DNA from: Eledone cirrhosa
Taxonomy: Eukaryota
Assembly: GCA_964016885.1 (NCBI GenBank)
Contig: OZ024743.1
Location: 48,236,001-48,300,000, forward strand
Direction of reading: 5' to 3'
Length of the DNA stretch: 64,000 bases
Position 1 is the stretch's first letter; each line of letters begins with the position of its first letter. Positions 44,481-58,535 of this stretch are shown piece after piece. The position numbers and the translations under genes are program-made. The notes beneath the pieces are model-generated. The model was not told where the DNA came from. It saw only the letters and a list, made by a program, of their open reading frames with translations, and did not search any database.

Positions 44481-46105
44481 CCATCACACACACACATATA
44501 TATTAGACTGTGATTGAGTGACCTTCATACCCCACAAAAAATGAAGAACTGATGAGATTTAGAGTACTCATTTTGATGAAACATCATAGTTATGTTATGT
44601 GAAAATAAATAATAGAAATTTTCAAAGTAGTGTTTCATGGCCTGATGTCATTCCTGACACCAAAACCTTTAGTTGCCTCTTATATAAAGATATTCTATAG
44701 TGTAAAAAGTGGGATACTCAATTACATACCTGTTTATACTATGTACATATTATTGAAGATATCATCATTACCACCATTTAACGTCCATTTTTCCATGCTA
44801 GCATGGGTTAGACAAGTTGTCCCAATCTGAGAAAAACCAAATCAGATGGCAGTATCTTGCTTATACAGAACTGATTTGGGCTTGGTTTCCAAGACTGGGT
44901 GCCCTTCCTAATACCAACCACATGGACACTGGAGTGGGTGCTTTTTATTGTGACACATACACGACCACTTTATAGTGTAGACTGGATGCTTTTTGTCGTG
45001 TCACCAGCATGCCCACTTTACAGTGTGGGCTGGGCGCTGGGGTGAGGGTGCATGGTGATTGGAGTGGTAGATCTAGGGTGGAGGACTTATCTGGTGGAAG
45101 GTGTGAATGAAGGATGGGGTGTTAGGATGTGGGAAGTGTACGAAGGGGGAAGGGAAAGTAGTGCATACTAGATGTATGCTTGAACTTGTACACATGGATC
45201 ATAATTCAAAGTGCTCAATAATTGTGGATTTTTGAGACCTGATGGATATTTGACAGGTCAGAGCTGGTCTTAAAGATAAGATAATGTAGTGCATCTATAA
45301 CAGCAAGACATGGCATTTGAGAGGAGTAGATTTGTGCAAAGAGGATGAATTTTTCTTACAACTTTTACCTTTGCCTAATCCTCAATGTATTCAATTTTGT
45401 GCCAAACTCTGAAATTCCTCATCACTGTCAGACTGATCCCCTCAAACAGCTCCAGAACAGATATGTCATATCCAGAGAAAAAGGGATATATGAATTGTAT
45501 CAAGATACAAGCTCACCATTTGTGAACAAAGGAGGCACTATTTGATCACAGATCAGTCTGCTTAGCTAACTACTGAAAATTTCATTTTCATTGATATCAT
45601 CGAGAAAAATCACTGGAACACATATTTTCAAAGACTGAACTCGTTATTACAAACAAACCAATACTTATTATCCTTACACTGCTCCCACTACTTACATATA
45701 TCAAGGAGGTGATAGCAGTAATAATGATGGTAATGATTTCCCTGGGTTATTTATTCTTAAATATGAATGCCAAGTGTCTGATTTACTCTTTCTAACAGTC
45801 TATACTCATGTTTATCCTCTGATATGCTAAGTCAATAATATTAAAAATAGGTTCGAAGCTTTTACATTAATCAACAAGATTTGTATAAATTGGTGTTTCC
45901 ATTTCCTCTTTCAATCACTGCCACATTGCTTTGTCAGCTTTTGTACCCCTACAAACAATAAACTGTAACCAATTAACTCCAAAGAAAAGAATGAAGATTT
46001 TTTTTTATGTGTAACAAATTATTTTCTGAATGAATGTCATAAATTGGTGAAAACATACAGGTAAATGTTCAGAGTTGGAATTCTCTAGTGGAAAGTTATG
46101 CTACA

Positions 46106-46143
<38 letters not shown>

Positions 46144-47676
46144 AGTCTGATTTTTCTATTAATTTATATATATATATATAATTAAAGAGAGTAGAATACA
46201 AGTAGCCAATTGCTTGGATCAAGAACCACAGTGAGTATGGTTAGGATAAGAAGAGAACATGAAGAGTTTAAGTTTTCACATAATATTGAAAGAAGGGAGG
46301 TATTCCTCTGAAATCAGAGCAGTTATTTTCAAACCAATGTAGATGGATGGTATTCATTAAGTGGTTTAGCAAGATACTCATAATGGTTTTAGAATCTTAT
46401 GAGTATCTGAATAATGTTTTGCTTTGTATAGAATATTCAACATTTTTGGATAAAACTATAATCTAGATTTTGCTAGGAGGCAACTAAAAAAATTATTGTT
46501 ACAACAATCAGTGCCAGTAAAGTACTGATAATGGAAATGGAGTTGAAAGTAAATACAATACATCATAACACATTATAAATATGAAGAATATTGTGACATA
46601 ATCCTATTGAAAGTAAGTTAATGAGGATTAGCTCAGTAAATCCTATAGGCTAGTAACCATTAGTAACAAAAGTAGAAATAAGCTAGTGAATGTAATGGAC
46701 ACTAACTTGAGAGCTGGAACTGACAAGATGAAATTATTATATAGATCACTGTGGGCTATATCAAAATAGGAAAATGAGGTGTGTGTGTGCACGCACATGT
46801 GAATGCATGCAGCTTTAGGAGCAGTGGATTGACAAATAGAATAAAAATGTCTTTTCAGTTTACTTTCATCTCTCTAGATTCAGAGCTGAAATTTGGTTGA
46901 CACTGGCTTTCATTCCTGTAGCAAAAATATTTGTAATCCATTGAAGTTTGTTAACTAAATTATACCACTGTGTCCTAAAAGGCAATTGAAAAGATTGGAA
47001 TCAAGAAAGGATTGCTACCAGGGCATCTGGCCATAAAACATTGCTTTAAAAAAGATTCCATGATAAGTGTGAAGCCTGACATAGGACACACAAGGGTAAC
47101 TCCTACTTTTGTAGAGAAAATGATTTTAAAACACTTGTTATCAGTTGTTGGTTCAATTAACAATACACTTTTCTTACACACAGACAAACTTTATTATAAT
47201 TCATTATTTACCACAATGGAGGTAGTGCATTAATACAGAGAAAGGTAGACTAGATGCTTCACAAAATATGATTGGTGTTTTATGTTTTGAGCTGAAATCA
47301 CATCAGTGTAAGATTTCACTTTTAAGTTGATGAAATAAATACCAGTTATATCAATAAAATTTAGACTCCTTATTCTAAAAAAGTGTCTCTGTATCTTATC
47401 AAATAGATTATTTGGCCTATTTGGCTATAAGGTTAATGTACTAGACTATTGATCACGTTAACCTAAGTTCAAATCTTACAGCAGAAATTGTGCTGGTAAG
47501 ATAACTAACTCTGTCCCAGTTTGCTTCACTGACAAAAAAACAAATTACACTCCTATTTATAGCTTGTAGTGGAAAGCTTAACTAACTATATATTATTCTT
47601 CAATAAAATAATCATCCTATTCATCCTTGCTTAGTAAAATCAATGCGAAGTGTGTGTGTGTGTATCAATTTGTTAA

Positions 47677-47884
47677 CCCTTTACCATTTACATTACTCTA
47701 TATACACTATTGTATTTTCAAGGTAAAGGCTTTACCTCATGTAATATCGAATCTATGAGATTTTGATATTATTTATTTTGAGAACAATACCTTGACATAA
47801 ATATGGGAGGCCTGTTATGGCTGGTTTGAACGGAAAGAGGTGAGAGAATTCTGGCCGGATATGGCTGGTTTGAATACTAAAGGG
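47677..47884. mobile_element. piggyBac-like MITE
   Basis: TTAA|CCCTTTACCATTTA ... TGAATACTAAAGGG|TTAA: TTAA target duplication and imperfect CCCTTTA TIRs. Confidence 0.75.
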
Positions 47885-48259
47885 TTAATTCAGTGGAAAT
47901 ATTTTTAGCATTCCATGGGTGGGTGTGCCTGCATGCATGCGTATCTATGATACCTTTATGTCCATTTTTCCATGTTTGAATATACAAGAAGGTTACTAAG
48001 CATGTTTAAAGTGCGTATAGAAGAGTCCATCTTCCAGTTAGGGCAGTGGTTCTCATCTGGAGCTCATTATACGAATTTTGGGAGCCCACAAAAAAAGTAT
48101 AGTAGATTGGGGGTCCATGAAAAAATGTTGCTTTCAAACAAAATATCTTAAGTTATGGGAAAGAAAATTATTTTAAAAAGTGAAAAATTAACCGAAGTAG
48201 TAGGTCAAAAAAATTTCCTGGGGATTAGAAATGATATTTGACAAAAGCAATAACCACCG

Positions 48260-49020
48260 CAACTAGATGCAGTGGTGATGGAGTGTAAATAGATCTTAGG
48301 TACACAAGAGATGTAGTGGGATAGCAGGCAAACTAACAGGTAGGGAAAACTATGTATGTAGTAGATGCACAGGGAAATTTGACAGTAGAAGTCGCAGTGA
48401 TAGACACATTTTTCAAATGCAGGTGGGTTCTATGGAAGTGGTTGATAAGCTCCAGTACCTAGGTGATCAGATTAGCATTGGGGAAGGGGGGTTCCGAGGC
48501 CATAGTATCTAGAATAAGGATGGGTTGGAAGAAGTTTAGGGAGCTGCTTCCTCTGTTGACAAAGAAGGGTTTCTCCTTACGAACGAAAGGCCGGTTATAT
48601 GATGCCTGGTAGCGAGACATGGGCAGCAACTGCAGAGGATATGCGACGGCTGGAGAGAAATGAAGCAAGTATGCTCTGTTGAATGTGCAATGTCAATGTG
48701 CGTGAACGACCAATCATGGATGAGTTGAGAGAGAAACTGTGTATAAGAGGGATAAGTTGTAGCATGCGGGAGAGAAAAATGTGATGGTATGGACATGTGA
48801 TGCGCATGGAAGATGACCGTTGGTAAAGAAGTGCCAAGAAATCCCAGTAGAAGGAAGACGCAGTAGAGGAAGAGCACGAAAAACATGGGCGGAGGTGGTG
48901 AGAGCAGACATCAGATCGCTGAAGCTCACGGGGGAGATGACGAAGGACTGTGACAAGTGCAGATATGCTGTGTTGAATAGGACCCATCCCACCCTTGCAA
49001 GGAGGGAAAAGCAGACGGAG
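48260..49020 (+). mobile_element. Degenerate RTE LINE family C 3' part
   Basis: [46 protein letters not shown]...THPTLAR. Matches 4107-4290. Confidence 0.85.
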
Positions 49021-49054
49021 AGGCTCGGCAGCGGCAACACACACACACAAATAT

Positions 49055-49660
49055 TCTTAACTCTTAGTCCAGCTTGTTCTGTTGGAAACATGAGTCAACC
49101 AATCGTCTCCAATGCTGTTGGTTGGCAGCAGCTCGTTGACATCCATGCCAGGTGATGTTGGTTGCTTGTAGGTCGCTTTGGAATGTCTGCCGCTCGGTCA
49201 TCTTCAGATGACCTATTTCCCACTCGCCTTCGGGAAGGGCGATGTTCTGGGAAGCGCAGAATGTGACCCACAAAACAGAACCCGTGCTTCATGATGATCT
49301 CCTGTAGTGTACGCGACCCTGCTCTCAGCAAGTATCTCTTCGTTCCTACCCGATTGTGAGAGAGATTACTGAGACAGATTGTAATCCAGTTATGCCAATG
49401 AAATATATAAGTGGCAAGACTGATGACAGCAGACAAACAAGACCAGAAATGAGTAGAACACTTCCAGGAGAGAGAGCTCCAACTACCCTGCATGCCTTTG
49501 ACTCAGAGCCAACAGCAACCGATGTATCACTCCCTATCTGGGAGGACCAAATTACCAAACAGGAAACAAGAGATGTGATCAAGGCTCTGAAGAACAACAA
49601 GGCCGGAGGACTCAATAAGATGTTAACAGAGATACTGAAATCAGGCAAGGGCAACACAAG
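49055..49660. mobile_element. Old RTE-like LINE in two opposed segments
   Basis: Minus: GHILRFPEHRP...QTFQSDL...HWRRLV. Plus: [29 protein letters not shown]. Confidence 0.6.
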
Positions 49661-49727
49661 AATATTGCCTCCAGTGTATTTTCTGGAGGAGGGGTCTTTT
49701 GGTTGGCATTGGGTACACACACAACCA

Positions 49728-49915
<188 letters not shown>

Positions 49916-49949
49916 ACTGAACATTCTTTTTCCATAGAATTTTCATTAG

Positions 49950-52900
49950 CTGTTTAAGTTTATGTGCAAAGAGAAAAGCTAGGTGACAAGTGTACTTTAC
50001 AAAAAGGGAAGTAGAGGATAGAAAGTTCAAACATGTTCTACAACACGAGGACCAAAAACATGAGGTTGTCAGGATTGCAAGACAATGCGTCAACGAAAAC
50101 TGTGATATTATCGGAGAGAAGTGTGTCCATAATGATGGTGGTGTACTTGCCATCACTGATACTGATAAGAAAGTAGCTTAGAAGTGTCACTACAAGACAC
50201 TACTAAATGAGGAGAATCAATGGGATAAAGATAGTCCGCCCCAAATCAATCCAACAGAGTGACCAACCGTGCTAGTTAATAAGTAAGGCAAACAAATATA
50301 TGATGACAGGCAAGGCAGCTGGGCCTTCGGGAATAGTTGCTGAGATGTTGAAAGCATAGTGGGACATACTATGGTCACCCAGATAGTAAACCAAGTAATA
50401 CAAAATGGGGTCATACCAAATGACTGGCGTAGCAGCATCATTAACTGCTACAAGAGTAAAGGAGATAGGAGAAACTATAGAGGCATTAAGTTAGTTGACC
50501 AGGTCATGAAGGTCACAAATAGTTATTGCACAACTGATTAGAGACCGAATTGGTCTAGATGAAATGCAGTTTAGATTTGTGCCAGGTAAAAGTATCACGG
50601 ATGCTCTCTTCCTTGTACGGCAACTACAGGAGAAGTACCTAGCTAACAGTAAACCCCTCTACTTAACTTTTGTTGACTTGGAGAAAGCCTTTGACAGACT
50701 TCCTTGCTTCATTATCTGGTGGGCTCTTAGAAAACTAGGAGTAGATGAGTGGCTTGTGAGAGCTATACAAGCCATGTGTAGAGGAACAGTCAGCAAGGTT
50801 AGAATTAACAATGAATATAGTGAAGAGTCATCCTGTTGAGGGTTTTTGCCACAAGTGACGTCAGTGAGATCCCTACCTTTTTATCATCGTAGTGGACTAT
50901 TGTATGCGCCTTGCACTGGAGAAACACCAGGACTCTGGCTTTACTGTGGCACCGGCTCAGAGCAGGAGAGTTGGGGCGAAAAAGGTATCGGATGCTGAAT
51001 TTGCCGACGACATAGTTTTGGTGACAAATACAGTGAAGGAGGCAGAGGATTTGATGCGGAAGGTTGAGACTGTGTCGATGAGTGTGGGGCTGAGAATGAA
51101 TGAGACTAAAACAAAATATCTGGTAGAGAATGTTGAGAAGCCAGAGGGGATCACTAATGTAAGTGGGAAGCCGCTAGAATTGGTTGAGGGCTTCTTGTAT
51201 TTGGGAGCAAAGATTGGGAATACAGAAGATGATGTGGTTGAGAGGAAGAGCAAGGCCTGGGCGGCGTGCCACAGCTTGAGATCGGTGTGGAAGTCGGACC
51301 TTTGTAGAGACCTGAAAGTCTGCCTTTTCATTGCTGTAGTGGAGTCTGTGCTGCTGTATGGGTCTGAGACTTGGACACTGACCAAGAAACTCACTCAGAT
51401 GGTGGATGGGTGCTACACGAGAATGTTGAGGATGGCTCTGAACATTAATCAGTATACACTGAGAGTGAAAAACTCAGAGCTGTATGGGAGCATCCCAAAA
51501 GTCAGCTCAAAAGTGACTGAGGTTAGCTGGACATGCTCACCGACATCCAGAGTTGACATTGCACTCAGTGCTCCTTTCGGAGCCCCTACATGGACACACT
51601 AGAAGAGGAAGACCAAGGTTAACGTATGTTGATGCCCTAAGGACAGACACTGGTCTATTGGAGACGCAGGACATGGCAGCGATAATGAGGGACAGAGACC
51701 GCTGGAGAGAACTCGTCCATGGATCTCGGGAATTTTACCCGCCTTAGAATAGTGAAGAGTTTAGCATAAAAGTAGGTGTTCATCAAGGCTCTGTCCTTAG
51801 CCCTCTCCTATCTATTAATGCCCTACAGGATATAACAGAAGAGTTTAAGACTGGCTGTCCAAGGGAACTTCTATATGCAGATGATCTAACCCTCATAGCT
51901 TACTATGGTTGAACTAGAGAAGAAATTCCAGACATGGAAGCATGACCTAGAATCAAAAGGCCTTAAAATTAACTTGTCTAAGACTAAAATTTTAGTATGT
52001 AGAAAGGAAAATAGGGCACAGGTGCCCTTTGGGAAATGGCCATGCCCAGTGTGTAGGAAAGGAGTAGATAGAAATTCTATTCTATGCCCCAATGCAAACT
52101 ATGAGTACATAAAAGATGTAGTGGGACCACAGGCAAGCCATCTAAGAATGTATATTTTATCTGTGGCAGATGCTCAGGTGCAAGTGCCCACTGGATACTA
52201 GCTCCTTCAACTGCCCAGATGGTTCTATAGAAATAGTAAACACTTTCTGCTAACTGGGTGACAAAATCAGCAGTGGAGAAGGGTGCTCTGAAAGAACAAT
52301 AGCCAGAGTTAGAACGCAATAGAAAAAGTTCAGAGAGCTAATATCACTGTTGGTCACAAAAGGTTTCTCTCTAAAAAAAAAAAAAAAAAAAAAAAAGAGG
52401 CAGATTATATGATGCTTGTATACAAACAGCAATGTTACATGGCAGTAAGACCTGGGCATTGTGTGAAGAGGACCTGCACAGATTGGAAAGGATCGAAGCA
52501 TGCATGCTCCATTGGATGTATAATAATAATAAGCACAAACAGCAAAACATAAACGAACTAAGTGAGATCAGATGTAGTTTACTTGAGAGGGGATTACGTT
52601 GGTATGACCATGAGATGCGCATGAAAGACAACAGCTGTATAAAAAAAGTGCAGGGCGATCAAAATTGATGGAAGCTATGGAGTAGGTAGACCCAGAAAAA
52701 CCTGGGACGACATGATAAAACCTGACCTTGCACACTTACAATTCTCTAAGAGAATGTCACTGGATCGAGACCTTTGGTGCTACGCAGTAATACAGAAGAC
52801 CCGCCTTCCCTTACATACAAAGTTAAACCTACAGTCAGTAAGCACCCCGTAATCAAATATACACCCCACCCCACTACCACATCTTTCCCCTTCCAGCCAC

Positions 52901-53118
52901 ACTACCCTTTCTCTGTAAAGTTATGTTGGTATCACAGAATATCCAGTCCACACTGTAAATATGGTTAGTGTTAGAAAGGGCATCCAGCCATAGAAAACCT
53001 GCCAGTTACAGTTCTATACAAGCAAGACGGTCACCCAACCAATCTTGCCTCAAGTGGGACAATTCCGTCTAACCCATGCTAGCATGGAAGATGGATGTTA
53101 ACCGATGATTATGATGAT
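49950..53118 (+). mobile_element. Longer, degenerate RTE LINE (family A-like), interrupted at 50829-51748
   Basis: [34 protein letters not shown], degenerate PHD region, 3'UTR and ATG-rich tail. Many stops and frameshifts. Confidence 0.9.
50829..51748 (+). mobile_element. Nested, unrelated RTE-like LINE with 5' inversion and 12-bp TSD
   Basis: TSD ATAGTGAAGAGT at 50817-50828 and 51749-51760. PYLFIIVVDY, EFADDI, FLYLG, VLLYGSETW, GRPRLTY...EFYPP*. Confidence 0.92.
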
Positions 53119-53119
53119 T

Positions 53120-53520
53120 ATCATCATCATCATCGTTTAACGTCCATCTTCCATGCTTGCATGGGTTTGGACGGGAGTTTTCCCACTTGAGGCAAGATTT
53201 GTTGTCCTGCTCGTATAGGACTGTCTGGCGGGTTTTCTACGGCTGGATACTCTTCCTAACACCAACCACGTTTACAGTGTGGACTGGGAGGTTTTTACCG
53301 TGTTACCTACACGGCCACATTACAGCGTGGACTGTGTGTTTTTTTGTTGTGACACCTACACGTCTGGCGGGTTTTCTACGGCTGGGTGCCCTTCCCAACA
53401 CCAACCACGTTTACAGTGTGTTCTGGGAGGTTTTTACCGTGTTACCTACACGGCCACATTACAGCATGGACTGTGTGTTTTTTTTTTTTTTTGTTGTGAC
53501 AGACCTCATTTGTTTCGGAC
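53120..53520 (-). mobile_element. RTE family A 3'UTR fragment with ~140-bp internal duplication
   Basis: Matches 1765-2030. GTCTGGCGGGTTTTCTACGGCTGG...GGACTGTGTGTTTTT occurs twice. Confidence 0.8.
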
Positions 53521-53666
53521 TATTATATATATATATATATAATTATATATATATATATATATATATGTTTATATATATGTTTATATATATATATATGTTT
53601 ATATATATATATATATGTTTATATATATATATATATGTTTATATATATATATATATATATATATAT

Positions 53667-53711
<45 letters not shown>

Positions 53712-53736
53712 TATATATATATATATATATATATAT

Positions 53737-53821
<85 letters not shown>

Positions 53822-53914
53822 TATATATATATATATATATGTTTATATATATATATATATATGTTTATATATATATATATGTATATATGTTTATATATAT
53901 ATATATGTATATAT

Positions 53915-53985
<71 letters not shown>

Positions 53986-53987
<2 letters not shown>

Positions 53988-54317
53988 GAGGCACATGGCT
54001 TAGTGGTTAGAGCATTGGGCTTGCAATTGAAAGGTTGTGAGTTCAATTCTCAGACCGGGTGATGTGTTGTTTCCTTGAGCAAGACACTTTATTTCACATT
54101 GCTCCAGTTTACTCAGCTGTAGAAATGAGATGATAGGATTGGGGTCCCTATCATTCCACTGCAAAGTGGTCGTGAAGGTACATGGAAAAAGCACCCAGCA
54201 CTCACTGTAAATGAGGTTGGTGTTAGGAAGAGCATCCAGCTGTATAAATCAAGCCAGAATCAGCTCCCGTCCCACCCTTGCAAGCAGGGAAAAGCGGACG
54301 TAAAATGATGATGATGA

Positions 54318-54320
<3 letters not shown>
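53986..54320 (+). mobile_element. Full-length tRNA-derived SINE with CORE-like centre and RTE-derived tail
   Basis: GGAGGCACATGGCTTAGTGG, GAGTTCAATTC, CCTTGAGCAAGACACTTTA, tail CCCACCCTTGCAAGCAGGGAAAAGCGGACGTAAA(ATG)n. Confidence 0.88.
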
Positions 54321-54360
<40 letters not shown>

Positions 54361-54362
<2 letters not shown>

Positions 54363-55570
54363 CATCATCATCATCGTTTTACGTCCGTTCTTCCATGCTA
54401 GCATGAGTTGTCCTGTTGTGGGCAGTGTCTGGTCGGCTGACCATGCCTTGCTCATACAGGAACTGATTTTGGCTTGATTTCTACAGCTGGATGCCCTTCC
54501 TAACACCAACCTCATTTACAGTGAGTGCTGGGTGCTTTTTCCGTGGCGCCTACAGATCCACTTTACAGTGTGGGCTGGGTGCTTTTTTGCCTGGCACCTC
54601 CACGACCACCTTGCAGTGGGAGGGTGTGGGGGCATATTGTCTATATGCTTCGGCTTGTACCCATGGGAGGTCGGGTACTCTGTATTACTGCGTGACGCCA
54701 GAAGTCACGGTCGTGTGTCATCGCCTTTGAGAGGTGTAATTGGGTAAGGTCGACTTTTATCATCTCAGGTCTTCTTGGGTCTCCCCACTCCGCGGTTTCC
54801 ATTGACTTCTAGTGCTCTGCACCTTTTTATGCAGCTGTCATCCTTCATACGCATCACATGTCCATACCAAAACAACCACCTCTCCTGCACACAGCATTTG
54901 ATTCCTCTTATGCTCAGTCTCTCTCTCAATTCATTTATGCTTTGTCGTTTGCGTATATTACTATTACACATCCATCGGAGCATGCAGGCTTCGTTTCTTT
55001 CTAATCTACGAAAGTCTTCCACCTTCAGCACCCAGGTCTCACTACCATGTAACATTGCTGTTCGGATACACGCATCATACAGTCTGCCTTTCATTTTGAG
55101 GGAGAAGCCTTTTGCAGCTAGCAGTGGCACTAGTTCCCTGAACTTCTTCCATCCCGTTCTTACCCTAGTTATTGTACTTTCTGAACACCCACCTCCACTG
55201 CTAATTCGGTCACCTAGGTAGCAGAAGCTGTCTACTGTTTCTACAGAGCCCTCTCAGAGATTGGTGGTACTTGTTTTCTCTGTCTGTTTGCTGTCCCAGC
55301 ACAGCTGCTACATGTGAAGCCTACATTCTTAATTAAGCTTCCTGAGATCCTGCTACATCTCTTGTGTACCCATTGTTTGCATTTGGGGCAGAGAATGGAG
55401 TTCCTACCTACACCTTTCCTACATACTGAGCAAGGCCATTTCCCTGAGGGGATCTGGGTTCTGTTTTCTCGTCTACTTACAAGGACCTTAGTCTTTGTCG
55501 TGTTGACTTTGAGACCCTTTCTTTCTAGTCCCTGCTTCCAAGTTTGGAATTTCTTCTCTAGTTCTACCAT
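54361..55570 (-). mobile_element. 5'-truncated RTE LINE family B
   Basis: ORFs 55241-55570 (PHD-like) and 54765-55130, 3'UTR and (ATG)n tail. Both ends at (TA)n. Confidence 0.92.
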
Positions 55571-55577
55571 ATATATG

Positions 55578-55608
<31 letters not shown>

Positions 55609-56438
55609 GCACATCCATGTGTGTATGTGTAGGAACAATGTGTTTCCAGTTAAAATTATCAACTGTGAACCAACCATTATTTCTGTGAATAAAAAAAATA
55701 CTTAACTGTGAAACTGAAATAAGATAGCAGAATTAAACGAATTAGTAACTTAAGTAATAAGCTTTCCAAATAAAAATAAATAATCTAAAAATCTAAGTGT
55801 TACTCTGTAAGGCAGCACTTCCCTTGTTGTCCCAATACTGTTTCCCTCCCCCACCATTCCAAGGAAATGGTACGACAAGAATTTTCAAAAAATATAATTC
55901 AACCAGAATCTATAAGGATAGCACATCATGCTCAGATATACAAATGTAGATTGTGTCTTTTTTTTTTTAACCTCCTCTAAAATAATTGACTAGCAGGAAG
56001 TTGGAATAGTGGATAACAGGCTAGCAGATAGAGAAGAGAGGAGATGAGCCAAGAAACAAGGAGGAAAAAAAGAAGTCTTAGGTCTTGTTTATCACATGAG
56101 CAGGTTATTATTAACTATGTATACTATCTGTCAGTCTGGCAATCTTAGCAGTATTTCAGTACTGGCAGAAAAGCTAAAGTAATAGAGAAGACACTGACAA
56201 GAATGTGAAGATACCAACCATGCTGCTTACCCGAACATGCAGGCTATCTTTGGAAGAGATAGATCATTTTGCTTTTAGATTCTTCAGTTGAAAATGTAGA
56301 AATCTTAAGTAAACACTTAACATTTTAATTGTTTGTAATAATATGAATACATATAATTTTACTTTTTAAAAAGACCTTTGCCAAACCAATAAACTATACT
56401 GGTTCAACATTAACAATATCCGCCTCTTTTCTTTCTTT

Positions 56439-56469
<31 letters not shown>

Positions 56470-56828
56470 GCACACAAATTTTCAAATTAGAAAAGTCATG
56501 GTGGGAAGGGAATTCAAATAAGAGAGAGAGTAAGAGAGAACATTTTCTCAAAAAGGAAATTGAGATGTTATTTCTAACAGCAAAGATTCTGGCAGAGATG
56601 GTGGTGGTGAATATATTGCGACCTATCCACAAAGGATATTGAAACATTACATAATTTATTACAATCTAAAAGCAATGGCTACACAAGATTGATATAGCTA
56701 TAGTAAATATGTGCAGGGACATAGCTTTGTCTTAGATGTACACAAGTAAAAATGTGTACAGGGACATTGTTTTGTATTAAATATACACACGAGTAAGCTT
56801 TGTCTTGTACACACACAAGTAAAAAATT

Positions 56829-57105
56829 AAATGAAATGAAATTTACAGCTCACACTTATGGAGGTTTAGCTGGCCTCCTATGAGATGCAACATAGTATGA
56901 GGCCAGCTAAACCTCCATAGGTGTGAGCTGTAAATTTCATTTCATTTTTACTCGGGTGTTTTAATGATAGGGGCCTCAGTCTTATCAAAAACCTTGTGAA
57001 ATGAAGCACCTTGCTCAAGAAAACATACCACCCAGACCAGGAATCAAACCCACAGCCTTATGATCATGAATCCAACACTAACCAGTTGGCCATATGCCTT
57101 TACCA
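56829..57105 (-). mobile_element. SINE with fold-back duplicated tail
   Basis: 49-bp inverted arms at 56829-56877 and 56899-56947. tRNA-like head at ~57040-57105. Confidence 0.7.
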
Positions 57106-57418
57106 CATATCTCTCGTGTGTGTGCGAGTGTGAGTGTGTGTGAGTGTGTGTGTATGTGTTCTGTTTTTTTTTTTTAATAACCAATGGAAATTAAGAATGG
57201 ATTAACTTGTAAGAACTAAAACACAATTCCAGGCAGTTGACTATTATCATCTCTGTATGGTTTGACTGATTTACAACTTTAGCACAGTTATGTTTAAAGA
57301 ATTGAATTTAAAGACCAATCTGCTTGAAACCAACTCAAAAGGTTCAGATGTATATTCAAACCTTAGACTGAAATTTCAATATATACTAGATGATATTAGA
57401 TTTCAGTAGATAAATAAT

Positions 57419-57595
57419 TGTTTCTACTTTAGGCACAAGGCCAGCAATTACCCAGTGCATTACTGGTACTTTATTTTATCAACCCCGTAAGTATGAAAGG
57501 CAAAGTCAACCTCGGCGGGATTTGAACTCAGATCGTAAAGGGACGTAACTATGCTGGAAAGCATGGCGTCCGACCCTCTACCGATACTGCCAATC
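57419..57595 (-). mobile_element. Full-length Deu/Nin-like SINE with 15-bp TSD
   Basis: TSD CAGTAGATAAATAAT at 57404-57418 and 57596-57610. Head TGGCAGTATCGG, B-box GAGTTCAAATCC. Confidence 0.88.
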
Positions 57596-57899
57596 CAGTA
57601 GATAAATAATAGTCTCTAATCATTAAACTGAAAGTTACTTCACTAAACCTCTTATAGTTATTGATTACTCTGATATGTGAAACACAAAGGCAGTATATTA
57701 TTTTAAGAAATATGGTGACAAATGTTTTAAACTGCTAGTATTATACTTCCTATGCGATTATTGCAACGCATTCAACAAGCAACCAACATATTTTAAATAT
57801 TTTAAATATATACAGAATCCTATGAAACAAGTGATACCCCATACGTTTATTGTACATGGACAACTTTAAAGTATCAGCTCAGTATTCTTTTAATGTGAA

Positions 57900-58535
57900 C
57901 TAGCAGTAAAGCCCGGCGTTGCTCGGGGTCGCTCAGTAGCTGTGTTAAAGTTACAATGTTAAGTTTCTTTTTTGGCTTAAAGTCTGTCTGCACGACTGTC
58001 TGTCTGCACGCCTAACGAAATTTACAGATACATATATTTTAAATAAACTTATATAATTTTTGCTTTTTTTTACGAAATATTTGCTTGTTTTACGTAGTCT
58101 TTAAATAGACTTGTTTTCAAGTAAAAATATTGTTTTTAAAAGGCTTTTAAATGGAAATGAAGCAAAACGGAAGCTTAGTGTTTGAACTGATGAATTTTGC
58201 AGGTCAAAATTTTGCTGGCTCGACAACTGTTCGTGTATTGTGTTAATGTCCTTTTAAACGCTGAGAAAGCCAGCGTAATTTTTTTAATTTTTGCACGCAG
58301 AAAATGTAAACAGAACAAAGGGAAATAACTCGTCACTTACGCTCAAAAATCGATACATTAGATTCGATTTCGTCACATAGGGTGGGTCAATTTGAAATAT
58401 TTTTTTTCCGATGTCTTCGCTAGGGCTCAATGTACAAGTATAGCAATTTCGGTGCAATTCCATCAGAGATTCTAAGAGGAGATGTGTGCCAAAAATCGAT
58501 AGACAGACAGACAACCACAGCTTTATATATATAGA
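57900..58535 (-). mobile_element. Complete non-autonomous Helitron (636 bp)
   Basis: A|TCTATATATATAAAGCTG ... CCCGAGCAACGCCGGG hairpin ... CTAG|T. Confidence 0.9.
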
